64,000 nucleotides of DNA. Source: Bdellovibrionales bacterium (GTDB taxonomy: Bacteria; Bdellovibrionota; Bdellovibrionia; Bdellovibrionales; UBA1609). Below, one piece after another: positions 8,276 through 17,511 of this stretch (position 1 is the first letter of the stretch; each line of letters opens with the position of its first letter). Under the pieces are notes generated by a model that saw only the letters and a program-made list of their open reading frames with translations, had not been told where the DNA came from and made no database searches. The DNA is taken from NCBI GenBank assembly GCA_965200875.1, contig OZ241456.1, positions 352,001 through 416,000 on the forward strand, written 5' to 3'. Position numbers and translations under genes: made by a program.

Positions 8276-9172
8276 TTATTTCCGCATAGGCGGAAATCCC
8301 TTCACTCCATCTCTTTTATAAAAAAATAAAATCACTCTGGTAAAAAAATTAATAAAAAACACAAAAAAAACCAACACCAAAGCCCCCGCCCAAGCTTGTT
8401 TTTCCATTTCCTCAAAAGGCCCTTTGGAAAGCTCATATATCTGTACAGGCAAGGTGGCTATAGGTTCATTTAAATTCCTTACATGGTACTGATTGCCCAA
8501 GGCTGTAAATAAAAGAGGAGCTGTTTCTCCGGCAATACGGGCAATAGAAAGCATGATTACTGTTACAAGCATACTTAAAGCACCGGGTATAATAATACGT
8601 GTTATCACTTTCCACCGGGGAATCCCCAAGGCCAAGCCAGCCTCCCGAATATGATGAGGGATGATTTTCAAAATTTCCTCTGTTCCGCGCGCTACGACAG
8701 GCAACATAATCAGCAACAAGGCTGACGCGCCAGCATAAGCGGAGAACCCGTATCTGACCACAAAGACAACATAAATAAAAATACCTACAACGATAGATGG
8801 AGCACTGATCAACAGATCCACCACAAATCGAAGAGTTTTCGCAGTTTTGGTATGTTTATACTCACTTAAGTAAACCCCCATTCCCATCCCCCAGGGAATA
8901 CCAAAGATACTGGTCATTCCCACAACGATAGCACTCCCTAAGAGAGCATTGGACATTCCTCCTCCTTTTTCTCCAGGAGGTTTTGGGAGCTGAGTAAAAA
9001 AATCCCAGTTTAAAGCGGAGATTCCTTTTTCTAAAACATAATAAACTATAAATAAAAATGGAACCGCTGCGGTGAAGCTGAGAAAAAACAAGCAACCTAT
9101 CATAAAAGAATTACACCATTTTCGCCATCTATCCCTCAAAGATAAGGGCTTTCTTTCTTTTTTGTTCTTCAT
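8276..9172 (-). CDS. pstA: Phosphate ABC transporter permease
   Basis: PSIVVGIF, REAGLALG, ARIAGETAPLLFT. Confidence 0.95.
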   Translation of the reverse strand: MKNKKERKPLSLRDRWRKWCNSFMIGCLFFLSFTAAVPFLFIVYYVLEKGISALNWDFFTQLPKPPGEKGGGMSNALLGSAIVVGMTSIFGIPWGMGMGVYLSEYKHTKTAKTLRFVVDLLISAPSIVVGIFIYVVFVVRYGFSAYAGASALLLIMLPVVARGTEEILKIIPHHIREAGLALGIPRWKVITRIIIPGALSMLVTVIMLSIARIAGETAPLLFTALGNQYHVRNLNEPIATLPVQIYELSKGPFEEMEKQAWAGALVLVFFVFFINFFTRVILFFYKRDGVKGFPPMRK

Positions 9173-9281
9173 ATTTTTTCCTCAATAAATTTTATTAACA
9201 CTTTTTTTGTATATTCTCCAAGTTTACCTCTTAGTAGATCACAGATCGACCTTTTTTAAAGGTTCTCTTTTCCAATTTAGC

Positions 9282-10325
9282 TTAACTTTTTCCTCCACGC
9301 ATCCTAGCTGGTCCCTGTGTGGAATAAAATTTTTTTTCCATTCTCCACACCAACAACAAAGCTAAAGCATTAATCAATAAAGAAAGAAAAAACAAAGAAA
9401 ACCCCACCGCTGTTAGGGAAGCTAGGTGCAGTTCATTATCTGCTTCTGCATATTGATTGGCCAGAATGCTGGCCATAGTTTGAGCAGGTTCAAAAAGAGA
9501 GGCTTTAATGGAAATCGCATTGCCTATCACCATAGTAACCGCCATAGTTTCTCCTAGGGCGCGCCCTAAACCCATAATGACTGCTCCGACAATGCCAGTA
9601 AACCCTCCTCTTAAAACCGCTATTTTCAGCATCTCCCAGCGAGTGGCCCCTAAGCCTAAAACCGCTTCTCTGTTAGATTCAGGAATAGTGCGAAACACTT
9701 CCCGACACACAGAGGAAATGGTGGGTATAATCATGATGGCCAAAATCACCCCGCCACACATCATTCCCACACCATAGTAAGCCCCCTGAAAAAAAGGCAA
9801 GAAGGAAAAATATTCAGATAAAAAATATTGAATGTAATCCCTGAGGATAGGAGCCAGAACAAAAAGCCCCCATAAACCGTATACAACAGAAGGAACTGCA
9901 GCCAGCATTTCCACAATGAAACTCAAAGGTTTTGCCAGCCATTTTGGAGCCAGTTCACTCAGAAAAAGAGCCACCCCTATACTGATCGGCACAGCTAATA
10001 ACAAAGCCAGAAAGGAAGTGACAGCCGTGCCGTAAATCAAGGAAAGAGCACCAAAACTTTTTGTCCAATTATTCCAATCGGGATTAATAAAGAATTTCAT
10101 GCCAAAATGAGAAAAAGCCGGCCAAGACATTTGAAAAATCACAGCCAACATATAAAAAAACAAAAAAATAAGAGACCAAGAAAAACCCTTGAGAACAAAA
10201 TAAAAAAGACGATCTTGAATATGAATGTCTTTTTTTTTGATATTTTTCCGATTAAAAACTTCTAGGACGGAATTTTCTTTTTGCAAAGGCCATTGGTTTG
10301 GAGATTTGACCTCTTTCATAATCAT
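9282..10325 (-). CDS. pstC: Phosphate ABC transporter permease
   Basis: LAAVPSVVYGLWG, GLGRALGETMAVTMVIGN. Confidence 0.95.
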   Translation of the reverse strand: MIMKEVKSPNQWPLQKENSVLEVFNRKNIKKKDIHIQDRLFYFVLKGFSWSLIFLFFYMLAVIFQMSWPAFSHFGMKFFINPDWNNWTKSFGALSLIYGTAVTSFLALLLAVPISIGVALFLSELAPKWLAKPLSFIVEMLAAVPSVVYGLWGLFVLAPILRDYIQYFLSEYFSFLPFFQGAYYGVGMMCGGVILAIMIIPTISSVCREVFRTIPESNREAVLGLGATRWEMLKIAVLRGGFTGIVGAVIMGLGRALGETMAVTMVIGNAISIKASLFEPAQTMASILANQYAEADNELHLASLTAVGFSLFFLSLLINALALLLVWRMEKKFYSTQGPARMRGGKS

Positions 10326-10357
10326 CTCACTCCCAAGAGGAAAAAATAAAACTCGGG

Positions 10358-11416
10358 TTAAGTTTTTTTATCATCATCTTTGTTGTCATTAACTTTAATC
10401 GTCTGGATTCTGGTTTTCACTTCTTGTATGACTAGCTGGGGGAGAGGGATGTAATGCAATTTCTCACAAAAACCTTGTCCCACACTCAAGTACCAATTCA
10501 AAAACCGCACCAATGCTTTTCCTTTTTCAGAAAACATTTCCTTATATACCAGTAAATAAGTGTAGGAAGACATGGGATAAACACCATTTCCTCTGGCGAC
10601 AACAAGGGGTTGAAACAGATCATTTGTTTTTTTTAACATTTGTTTTGCAGAAGCAGTGACAGTTTGAATGTCAGCTTTTACAAAGTGCCCTGACATATTT
10701 TGCACTTCTGCCATCTGGAGATTGCGATCAACGGCGTAGCTCATAGCCACATAACCTATAGCCCCCGGTATTTTTTGCACCAAACCCATCACTCCTTCAT
10801 TTCCTTTTCCCCCCACTCCCGTGATCCAATTCACAGCTTTTCCTTTGCCCGCTTTTTTGAGCCATTTTTGTGAAAACTGAGAAAGATACTCCGTAAAAAC
10901 TGCTGTAGTACCACTTCCATCCGCACGATAGATGGGAACAATATTTTTATCAGGTAACGGAACACTGGGGTTTATTTTACGGATATCTTTATGATTCCAC
11001 TTGGTGATTTTTTTCATATAGATATCTACCAATATTTGGGCAGTTAAACGCAGGCTTGTTTTTTTTAGAGAGGGAAGGTTATAGCTGATGATTACAGCCC
11101 CCAGAGCAGTAGGCAGGTGTAAAATTTCTTTTTTTGACTTTTGCATTTGCTCTTTTGGCATGGGAACATCTGTTGCCCCAAAATCTAAAGCACCGGTTAA
11201 AAACTGCCGGATCCCACCGCCACTTCCAATAGAGCGATAATTAATCATGATATCCGGGTCTGCTTTTCTGTATTCTAAAAACCATTTGGAATACAGAATA
11301 TAAGGGAAAGAAGCTCCCGCGCCGTTTATCAAAAGCGGACGTTTTACTGTTGGTTTTCCCGGAGCGTATAAAGGGAAAAAGCCAATCAAGATAAAAATAA
11401 ACCAGAAAGAACGCAA
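10358..11416 (-). CDS. pstS: Phosphate-binding periplasmic protein
   Basis: GAGASFP, SIGSGGG, DFGATD, RADGSGTT; signal peptide. Confidence 0.95.
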   Translation of the reverse strand: MRSFWFIFILIGFFPLYAPGKPTVKRPLLINGAGASFPYILYSKWFLEYRKADPDIMINYRSIGSGGGIRQFLTGALDFGATDVPMPKEQMQKSKKEILHLPTALGAVIISYNLPSLKKTSLRLTAQILVDIYMKKITKWNHKDIRKINPSVPLPDKNIVPIYRADGSGTTAVFTEYLSQFSQKWLKKAGKGKAVNWITGVGGKGNEGVMGLVQKIPGAIGYVAMSYAVDRNLQMAEVQNMSGHFVKADIQTVTASAKQMLKKTNDLFQPLVVARGNGVYPMSSYTYLLVYKEMFSEKGKALVRFLNWYLSVGQGFCEKLHYIPLPQLVIQEVKTRIQTIKVNDNKDDDKKT

Positions 11417-11513
11417 AATGAAAAACCTTTTTTTATTTTTTTAAGCCTGTGCGGGAGAGGTGTTGATTATTCACATATTCTTTTAACCCGCTCTCCCGGT
11501 GAAATTACAACAG

Positions 11514-11546
11514 ATAAAATTAAAAAATTATTAAATTTATGTTAAA
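11514..11546 (-). promoter_or_regulatory. Possible Pho-box-like direct repeats upstream of pstS
   Basis: Minus strand tttaacataaa / tttaataattt / tttaattttat at 11-bp period; AT-rich, so weak evidence. Confidence 0.35.
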
Positions 11547-11569
11547 CTTCACAAGTCAAAGAAGGATTT

Positions 11570-12313
11570 ATGACTAGATTGAGCGTAAATGTCAATAAAA
11601 TTGCCACTCTTCGCAATTCACGGGGAAAAAATCAACCCAATCTGGTAGAAGCTGTCAAAAAACTGATTCATTTCGGTGTAACAGGAATTACTGTTCATCC
11701 GCGCCCAGATGGTCGCCATATTCTTTACAAAGATGTACGACAAATTAAAAAACAGCTCAAAAAACACCCAAAAGTGGAGCTGAATGTGGAAGGTTATCCC
11801 AGTGCGGAATTTATGACTTTAATAGAGGAGGTAAAACCTGCCCAATGCACTCTGGTCCCAGATTCAGAGGTTGTGTTGACATCCAATGCGGGATGGAAAA
11901 TCCAGAAAAACTTTCCCTTGTTGGAACATATCCTTAAAGTCCTGAAAAAAAATAAAATTCGATCATCCTTGTTTATAGACCCTTTTACCTTCAAAAAAAA
12001 GGAGTTGGAATTGCTAGTTGAGCTTATGCCTAAGAGGGTGGAACTTTATACAGAAGCTTATGCAAACGCTTTTTTTACTCGGGAAAAAGATCATGTGATC
12101 CGCACTTATATTTCCACAGCTAAAAAACTTATAAACCACGGACTGGAATTAAACGCCGGACATGATCTGAATTTGAACAATCTAACCTGGTTTTTAAAAA
12201 AAATTCCTCACATTAAAGAAGTTTCCATTGGTCATGCTTTAATTTGTGAATCTCTTTACCAAGGTTTGGAAACCGTGGTGAAAAAATATTTAAAAATCTG
12301 TCGTGGTCATTAA
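11570..12313 (+). CDS. pdxJ: Pyridoxine 5'-phosphate synthase
   Basis: LSVNVNKIATLRNSRG, ITVHPRPDGRHI, NAGHDL, EVSIGHALI. Confidence 0.95.
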   Translation: MTRLSVNVNKIATLRNSRGKNQPNLVEAVKKLIHFGVTGITVHPRPDGRHILYKDVRQIKKQLKKHPKVELNVEGYPSAEFMTLIEEVKPAQCTLVPDSEVVLTSNAGWKIQKNFPLLEHILKVLKKNKIRSSLFIDPFTFKKKELELLVELMPKRVELYTEAYANAFFTREKDHVIRTYISTAKKLINHGLELNAGHDLNLNNLTWFLKKIPHIKEVSIGHALICESLYQGLETVVKKYLKICRGH

Positions 12314-12360
12314 ATAACAAACTCTTGTGGAAAAAGAGCTGAACTGATATATAAAGGGAT

Positions 12361-12753
12361 ATGAGAAAAACTTTAAAACAACCCGTGCCTTTATCTGACA
12401 TTTTACATACTTTTTTTCAGGATCGCCTCAATAAAACTGATCAGGGGATAGAAATAAAGCTTTGGCAAAACTGGTCTCAATTTGCTACACCGGAAGTTTT
12501 AAAATGTGCCAAACCTGTCAATTATCAAAATGGTAGATTAATTTTATGGGTGGCTCATTCTGTGGAGCTTCAGGAGTTGAGTTTTCATCTGGAAGACCTG
12601 AAGCAGGCGATCAACAGTTATTTTAAAAAAAATTGGGTTAAAGACATTTATTTTACCGTTAATAAAGATCTCTTGAACAAAAAAGAAAACTCCTTGAAAT
12701 TTCTTCAAAAAATATCCAAAGAATCCGCACCGGTTTATAAAAAAATCAAGTAA
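12361..12753 (+). CDS. DUF721/DciA-like protein
   Basis: PLSDIL...LWQNW...AKPV..QNGRLILWV.HS...QEL...VKDIYF pattern. Confidence 0.7.
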   Translation: MRKTLKQPVPLSDILHTFFQDRLNKTDQGIEIKLWQNWSQFATPEVLKCAKPVNYQNGRLILWVAHSVELQELSFHLEDLKQAINSYFKKNWVKDIYFTVNKDLLNKKENSLKFLQKISKESAPVYKKIK

Positions 12754-12770
12754 TAACAGTGCGTTAACAC
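12725..12770 (+). repeat. Interspersed repeat fragment overlapping the DUF721 stop codon
   Basis: ccgcaccggtttataaaaaaatcaagtaataacagtgcgttaacac; matches 3172-3205 and 4645-4675. Confidence 0.7.
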
Positions 12771-12775
12771 CTTTT

Positions 12776-15700
12776 TCACGCCCGACTAGTGAGTTGGCAA
12801 AAGAGGTTCATTAGTTTCATATTGGGGATGGATCGAATATGAGTGTCTGCCACATTTTTGGAGCCTACGATAAGCGAAAGGCACCGGGCGCGGGATAAAG
12901 CCACATTCAGACGATTTTTATTGAGCAAAAAAGAAATGCCTCTTGGTGCGTCCTGAATAGTGGAAGCGCAAAGGGAAAGAATGCAAACGGGTGCTTCCTG
13001 ACCTTGAAATTTATCCACAGAAGCTACACGGGCGGAATCCTGAACTAACACCTTCTTTATGCAAGCAACTTGTACATTATAAGGAGCGACAATTAAAATA
13101 TCCTTGGTGGTTATGGGCTTGGTTTTTCCTTCCCTGTTGATCCACTTTGCCCTTAAAAGCTCTTTATAAAGAGCACCAATCACTTGAGCCTCCTCCATTG
13201 AGGAATGAGTGTTTCCTGAATGTTCCACAGGTATAAAACAGATTCCCGCTTCTGGGATCTTCAGCTTTAAACCAGTTTGGCTTAAACTCTCCGGGAGAAG
13301 AACTTTTTGCTGACTCGTGGTGGGATGATTTGTAAGCTCTCCCTTATAAAAATAATCCGAGACAAATTGGCAAATCCCCTCGTGCATACGATAAGAAACT
13401 GGCAAAAATACCCCTTTGTCCTTGGAAATAGTGGTACTTCCTTCAGTGTAGTAAGTGAGAGCGGAAAGTCCTGACTCTCCGGGATGAACAGCCTGTTGAG
13501 GCTGATCCAATTGATTTTGATCCCCAATGAGGATAAGGTTTTTGCCCGCACGCGCGCCAGCCACCAGATTGGCGAGACTCACTTGGGAAGCTTCATCCAC
13601 AAACAGGTAATCATAAGAGGATTCCTGTTCTTCCCTTGAGAAAAAAAAGGTCGTACCACCCACCACCCGGGCACTTTGTTTGACTTTGTTGCCATTAACC
13701 AGCTCCACCGGCAGGTTTTGAAAAAAAAGTTTTTCTTCCTCTGATTCTTTTGAAGATTTTACTTTTTGGCATTGAAAAAAAAATTTTTCTTTATTTTGTT
13801 CGAAAATGGTTTTTAAAACATTTGAAATGGCTTTATGGGAATTAGCTGTCACCCCCACTCTTTTGCCATTTTTTACCAAGTGTAAAATCATATAAGCCAC
13901 TGTGTAGGTTTTGCCTGTACCGGGAGGGCCTTGAATGCAAAAAACAGAGTCATTTAAATTTAAAGCATGCGTGGATATTTTTTCTATAAGATTTTCCGAG
14001 TTTAAAACAAGCGGGCCTTTATGGTTTGGCAGGCTTGGTTTTTCCCTCAATAAAAGATCATGAATACATTTTTTTAAACCGAAATGAGAGGAGGAAGAGG
14101 AAAATTCATTAGCTGTTTTCAACAAGGATCTAAAAATATTTACTTTGTAGTAATCATTTTTTTCTGGTCCTAAGGTGAAAAAGCCATGCGCAGGAATATT
14201 GTTTTCTTTAGGAGCTTTAAGCCATAAAATTCCATTAATTAAATCCAGTTTCAAAAGGGTGTGGGTATTGCGCGTATTATTATTATTTTTATCTTCATTT
14301 TTCGAAAGCACAATCACTTTGTCTTCTTCTGTGAAGCCAATTTCCTGTTCTCTTTCAAACTGTATTTTACAGGACTCTTCGTTAAGTTCCAAGAGACGGC
14401 AGAAGGCAATGGTGTTTCTATCCTCCAGCAGTTGCTCTTCATTCATGTCTCGGCGGGAAAAGTAATCCCACCACCCGGGTTTTTCCTCTCTTATATGAAA
14501 CATCAGTAAATCCGAAAGAAGTCTGGTAAGATAATTTTTTTTGTCAACCAAGGAAACAGGTTTTGGCAAAATGGGTTTTTCTCCCTTTAAGGGCAAATGT
14601 TTTGAAATGCTCATCTCTTCCGGGTTGCTTTGGCTTAAAAGCTCTTTGGCTTTTTCTTCGCATTTTCCACGAATGCCCTCCCGATGATATTCCTGATTGT
14701 TTTCCTCTTCTTTGTGAGGAATGTATTTAATTCTGTGTGTTTCCTGCTGTTTCCATAGAAACTGACAAAGTTTTTTTGTGGAGACGCAGTCATCCCGGTT
14801 ATAAGCATTTATTTTTTTTAAAAAAGGAGAGTTTTCTCTATTGTCATCAGTATTCAGGAAATGAAAAAACAGCACAGCAGACTCCCCGCCAGTTTTTACT
14901 TCTGTATTTCTTTTCTTGTAATAAAGGTTTTCCACTTCTTTTAAGGAATAAGATAATACACCTATGCGAAGGCTTTGAATCACTATTCTGTGTAAATCCA
15001 CAAATATGTGATTTCTTAAGAGGTTATCCACTTCTTGCTCTCTTGTGCCGTATTTTCCCATGAGTCTTTTTATTGTGGAGGTTTCATAGTGTCCGTAATG
15101 GTAAATGTGCATACCGGGGTTTTCCCTCCATCTGTGATATACCCAATCCATCCATTTTTGAAACGCTTTGACTTCTTCCTGTTCGCTTAAAGCCCAGAAA
15201 CAGATAAATCCGGGCTGTTCCTTTACAGCATTGCCGTATAGATATTCCAGACCTTCCTCTCCTAGGAGAGGGTAGCCTTCCATATCAAAAAACACATCTG
15301 CTGGGTGTGAGGGAGGGAGTGTCTCCAATCCCTTTCTTTCTCCGGTGTGAGGCAGAACTTCGAAGTCAGGTCTGTTTTTTCCTTTGGATTTTAACTGTAT
15401 TTTTGCCTGTTCTTTTAAAGTTTCGAAAGTGGCTATAGGTATATTTTTTACTTTATCTCCTGAGTATAAAGCCAGCTCAGAAAGTTTTTTTATTCCCGCT
15501 CTTTTTAAAAGAGTGGAATGAGCGGAGCGAATGCCGGCTGTTAAGGAAATATCATCTAGCTGATGTAGTCTTTTTTTGGCAAAGAGGCTCCAGTCCCGGT
15601 GCTGAGCGGTTTTGTCCGGTATGGGTAGTGAGTCCTTAGAAAAATGGGAATGGTAGTGTAAAAATTCTTCTTTTAAAAAATTGTAAAAAGAGAAAAAATC

Positions 15701-16258
15701 TTTGGTTTTAAAAAAATGCTCTTTTGAAGATTTTGTGACAATCACAAACTCAGGAGGCAATACTCCCTGAATAAATTGCAACATATCACAATAACAGCAA
15801 AGCTGAATCAAAGCCGTGGGTTTTGGATGTCTTGCGATTTTAAAATCATAAGGAATATAGTAATGATTTCCCAAGATGGAAGGGCCTTTTTGCTTGACCA
15901 AAAGATCAACATACCCAAATATTTTTTCTTTTTCAATAGCGGCTTGGTAAATTTTTTCTTCACCGTCTTTCATGGCTTTTCGGGTTTTCTGAAGGGCTTT
16001 TATATGTGTTTCTTTTTCCACTCTAAAAATAAATTGGTCTTTTTCCATTTTATTGATAAGATTTTCTTCGTGTTTATTTCCCAGATCTTTTATAAGCTCA
16101 TAAAGTGGATCGGAGGGATCGCGATGCACCCCAAGATCTTTTAGGGTTTCCTTGGAGGCAATTTTTTCAAAATGATCCATATAAGAGGAAAATTCAGATT
16201 CAAAAAACTGAACCAGATCTGATGGGGAAAAAGTGATTTTATTAGGAAAAATATTCAT
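12776..16258 (-). CDS. TM0106-family RecB-like nuclease fused to an RNase H-like exonuclease and a DNA2/NAM7 SF1 helicase
   Basis: FSPSDL, GYVDLL...YDFK...QLCCY (PD-(D/E)XK); FFDMEG...SYSLKEVE...YNRDDC; QGPPGTGKT, VDEASQ, GDQNQL, SVDKFQGQEA, NRLNVALSRA. ATG 16258 preferred over the ORF-track start 16354. Confidence 0.88.
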   Translation of the reverse strand: MNIFPNKITFSPSDLVQFFESEFSSYMDHFEKIASKETLKDLGVHRDPSDPLYELIKDLGNKHEENLINKMEKDQFIFRVEKETHIKALQKTRKAMKDGEEKIYQAAIEKEKIFGYVDLLVKQKGPSILGNHYYIPYDFKIARHPKPTALIQLCCYCDMLQFIQGVLPPEFVIVTKSSKEHFFKTKDFFSFYNFLKEEFLHYHSHFSKDSLPIPDKTAQHRDWSLFAKKRLHQLDDISLTAGIRSAHSTLLKRAGIKKLSELALYSGDKVKNIPIATFETLKEQAKIQLKSKGKNRPDFEVLPHTGERKGLETLPPSHPADVFFDMEGYPLLGEEGLEYLYGNAVKEQPGFICFWALSEQEEVKAFQKWMDWVYHRWRENPGMHIYHYGHYETSTIKRLMGKYGTREQEVDNLLRNHIFVDLHRIVIQSLRIGVLSYSLKEVENLYYKKRNTEVKTGGESAVLFFHFLNTDDNRENSPFLKKINAYNRDDCVSTKKLCQFLWKQQETHRIKYIPHKEEENNQEYHREGIRGKCEEKAKELLSQSNPEEMSISKHLPLKGEKPILPKPVSLVDKKNYLTRLLSDLLMFHIREEKPGWWDYFSRRDMNEEQLLEDRNTIAFCRLLELNEESCKIQFEREQEIGFTEEDKVIVLSKNEDKNNNNTRNTHTLLKLDLINGILWLKAPKENNIPAHGFFTLGPEKNDYYKVNIFRSLLKTANEFSSSSSHFGLKKCIHDLLLREKPSLPNHKGPLVLNSENLIEKISTHALNLNDSVFCIQGPPGTGKTYTVAYMILHLVKNGKRVGVTANSHKAISNVLKTIFEQNKEKFFFQCQKVKSSKESEEEKLFFQNLPVELVNGNKVKQSARVVGGTTFFFSREEQESSYDYLFVDEASQVSLANLVAGARAGKNLILIGDQNQLDQPQQAVHPGESGLSALTYYTEGSTTISKDKGVFLPVSYRMHEGICQFVSDYFYKGELTNHPTTSQQKVLLPESLSQTGLKLKIPEAGICFIPVEHSGNTHSSMEEAQVIGALYKELLRAKWINREGKTKPITTKDILIVAPYNVQVACIKKVLVQDSARVASVDKFQGQEAPVCILSLCASTIQDAPRGISFLLNKNRLNVALSRARCLSLIVGSKNVADTHIRSIPNMKLMNLFCQLTSRA

Positions 16259-16300
16259 AAAGCGGACTGTAACAAATAAACAATCGTTCGGGAAGAAGCT

Positions 16301-16364
16301 GTTAACATATTGTTTATAATTTGATTTTTTTATAATTTTCTGGAAACATAGCAAGGTTTTACAA
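16301..16364 (-). repeat. Interspersed repeat fragment, inverted relative to 12725-12770
   Basis: gttaacatattgtttataatttgatttttttataattttctggaaacatagcaaggttttacaa; 16321-16364 aligns to the reverse complement of 3150-3196 (last 27 nt 23/27). Confidence 0.7.
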
Positions 16365-16367
16365 CGA

Positions 16368-17474
16368 ATGAAGGAAAAAAAAAGCTATAAAACTATCCGA
16401 AAAATCAATGCTGATTTAAAAGCTCACGGAGTGTATTTTTCTGAAAAACTGCCTTCATTTAATCAGGTTTTAAAATCCTTTGAAAGAGACCTTTCTTTTT
16501 CTAAGAGTGATATAAAACCAATGGTGGTTTGCGATCGAAAACTAAAGCATGGAAAAGAAGTGAAGTTATGGTTAAAAAATTATCCGGTTTATTTTGTCTC
16601 AGGGGGGGAACAGTTAAAAACTCTAGAAAATTTTTCCAAGCATGTAAACAGTCTTTTAAGGAAAACAAAAACGGAAAACATTTCAGGGTTTATCAGTCTT
16701 GGGGGAGGAAGTGTGGGGGATTTTACAGGCTTTCTCGCCAGTGTGTATAAACGAGGTACTATGCTTGCTCATATTCCCACTACATGGCTTTCCGCTTTGG
16801 ATTCCGCACATGGCGGAAAAACCGCTTTAAATATCGGTCCCGTTAAAAATGTGTTGGGTACTTACTTTTTTCCAAAAGCGGTGTTTATTGTGAAGAAGAT
16901 GTTTTCTTCTTTGCCGAAACGGGAAATAGAATCCGCCAAAGGGGAATTAATAAAAATCTCCTTAATAGAGGGAGGGGAGCTTTACGAAAAATGTTTTAAA
17001 AAGAAATGGCCAGAGGATATATGGAGTTTTTTGCCCCAAGCTGTTCTCGCGAAAATAAAAATAGTGGAAAAAGATCCTTACGGAAAAAAAGGTTATCGCC
17101 AAAATCTTAACTTAGGCCATACTTTAGGTCATACTTTGGAATCTTATTTTAGTTTGGCACACGGAAGTGCTGTGATGTATGGTCTTGTTTTTGCTCTTTT
17201 ATGGAGCCATAGCCGGTTCACTTTTTCTCCGGGTTTTTTGAAAGAAATATCCTTTTTGATGAGAAAAAAAACTCAGCTGAACTTTTATTTAAAAAATCTG
17301 CCGGAAGGAATATTAAGAAAACTCCTTTTACAGGATAAAAAACGAGTGGATAAACAGAGTATTCAATTTATTTTTCTGAAAGGACCTGGGAAAGTTTTTT
17401 CAGAAAATGTTTCTGTAAGAGAGATAATAAAAGAGACAGAGAGGCAACTCTTCCTTAATCCTGATAGCTTATAA
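16368..17474 (+). CDS. aroB: 3-dehydroquinate synthase family (sugar phosphate cyclase)
   Basis: GGGSVGD, IPTT...DSAHGGKT, LNLGHTLGHTLE, HGSAV, DKK. Confidence 0.82.
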   Translation: MKEKKSYKTIRKINADLKAHGVYFSEKLPSFNQVLKSFERDLSFSKSDIKPMVVCDRKLKHGKEVKLWLKNYPVYFVSGGEQLKTLENFSKHVNSLLRKTKTENISGFISLGGGSVGDFTGFLASVYKRGTMLAHIPTTWLSALDSAHGGKTALNIGPVKNVLGTYFFPKAVFIVKKMFSSLPKREIESAKGELIKISLIEGGELYEKCFKKKWPEDIWSFLPQAVLAKIKIVEKDPYGKKGYRQNLNLGHTLGHTLESYFSLAHGSAVMYGLVFALLWSHSRFTFSPGFLKEISFLMRKKTQLNFYLKNLPEGILRKLLLQDKKRVDKQSIQFIFLKGPGKVFSENVSVREIIKETERQLFLNPDSL

Positions 17475-17511
17475 ACATAAGTTTTGATACTTATTGAGCT
17501 GTATAAGATTA

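Noticed and set aside
12733..12770. Repeat core as a dif/XerCD or IHF site
   Set aside because: No 11-6-11 dif architecture; WATCAA is present but the TTR of the IHF consensus is absent in all copies
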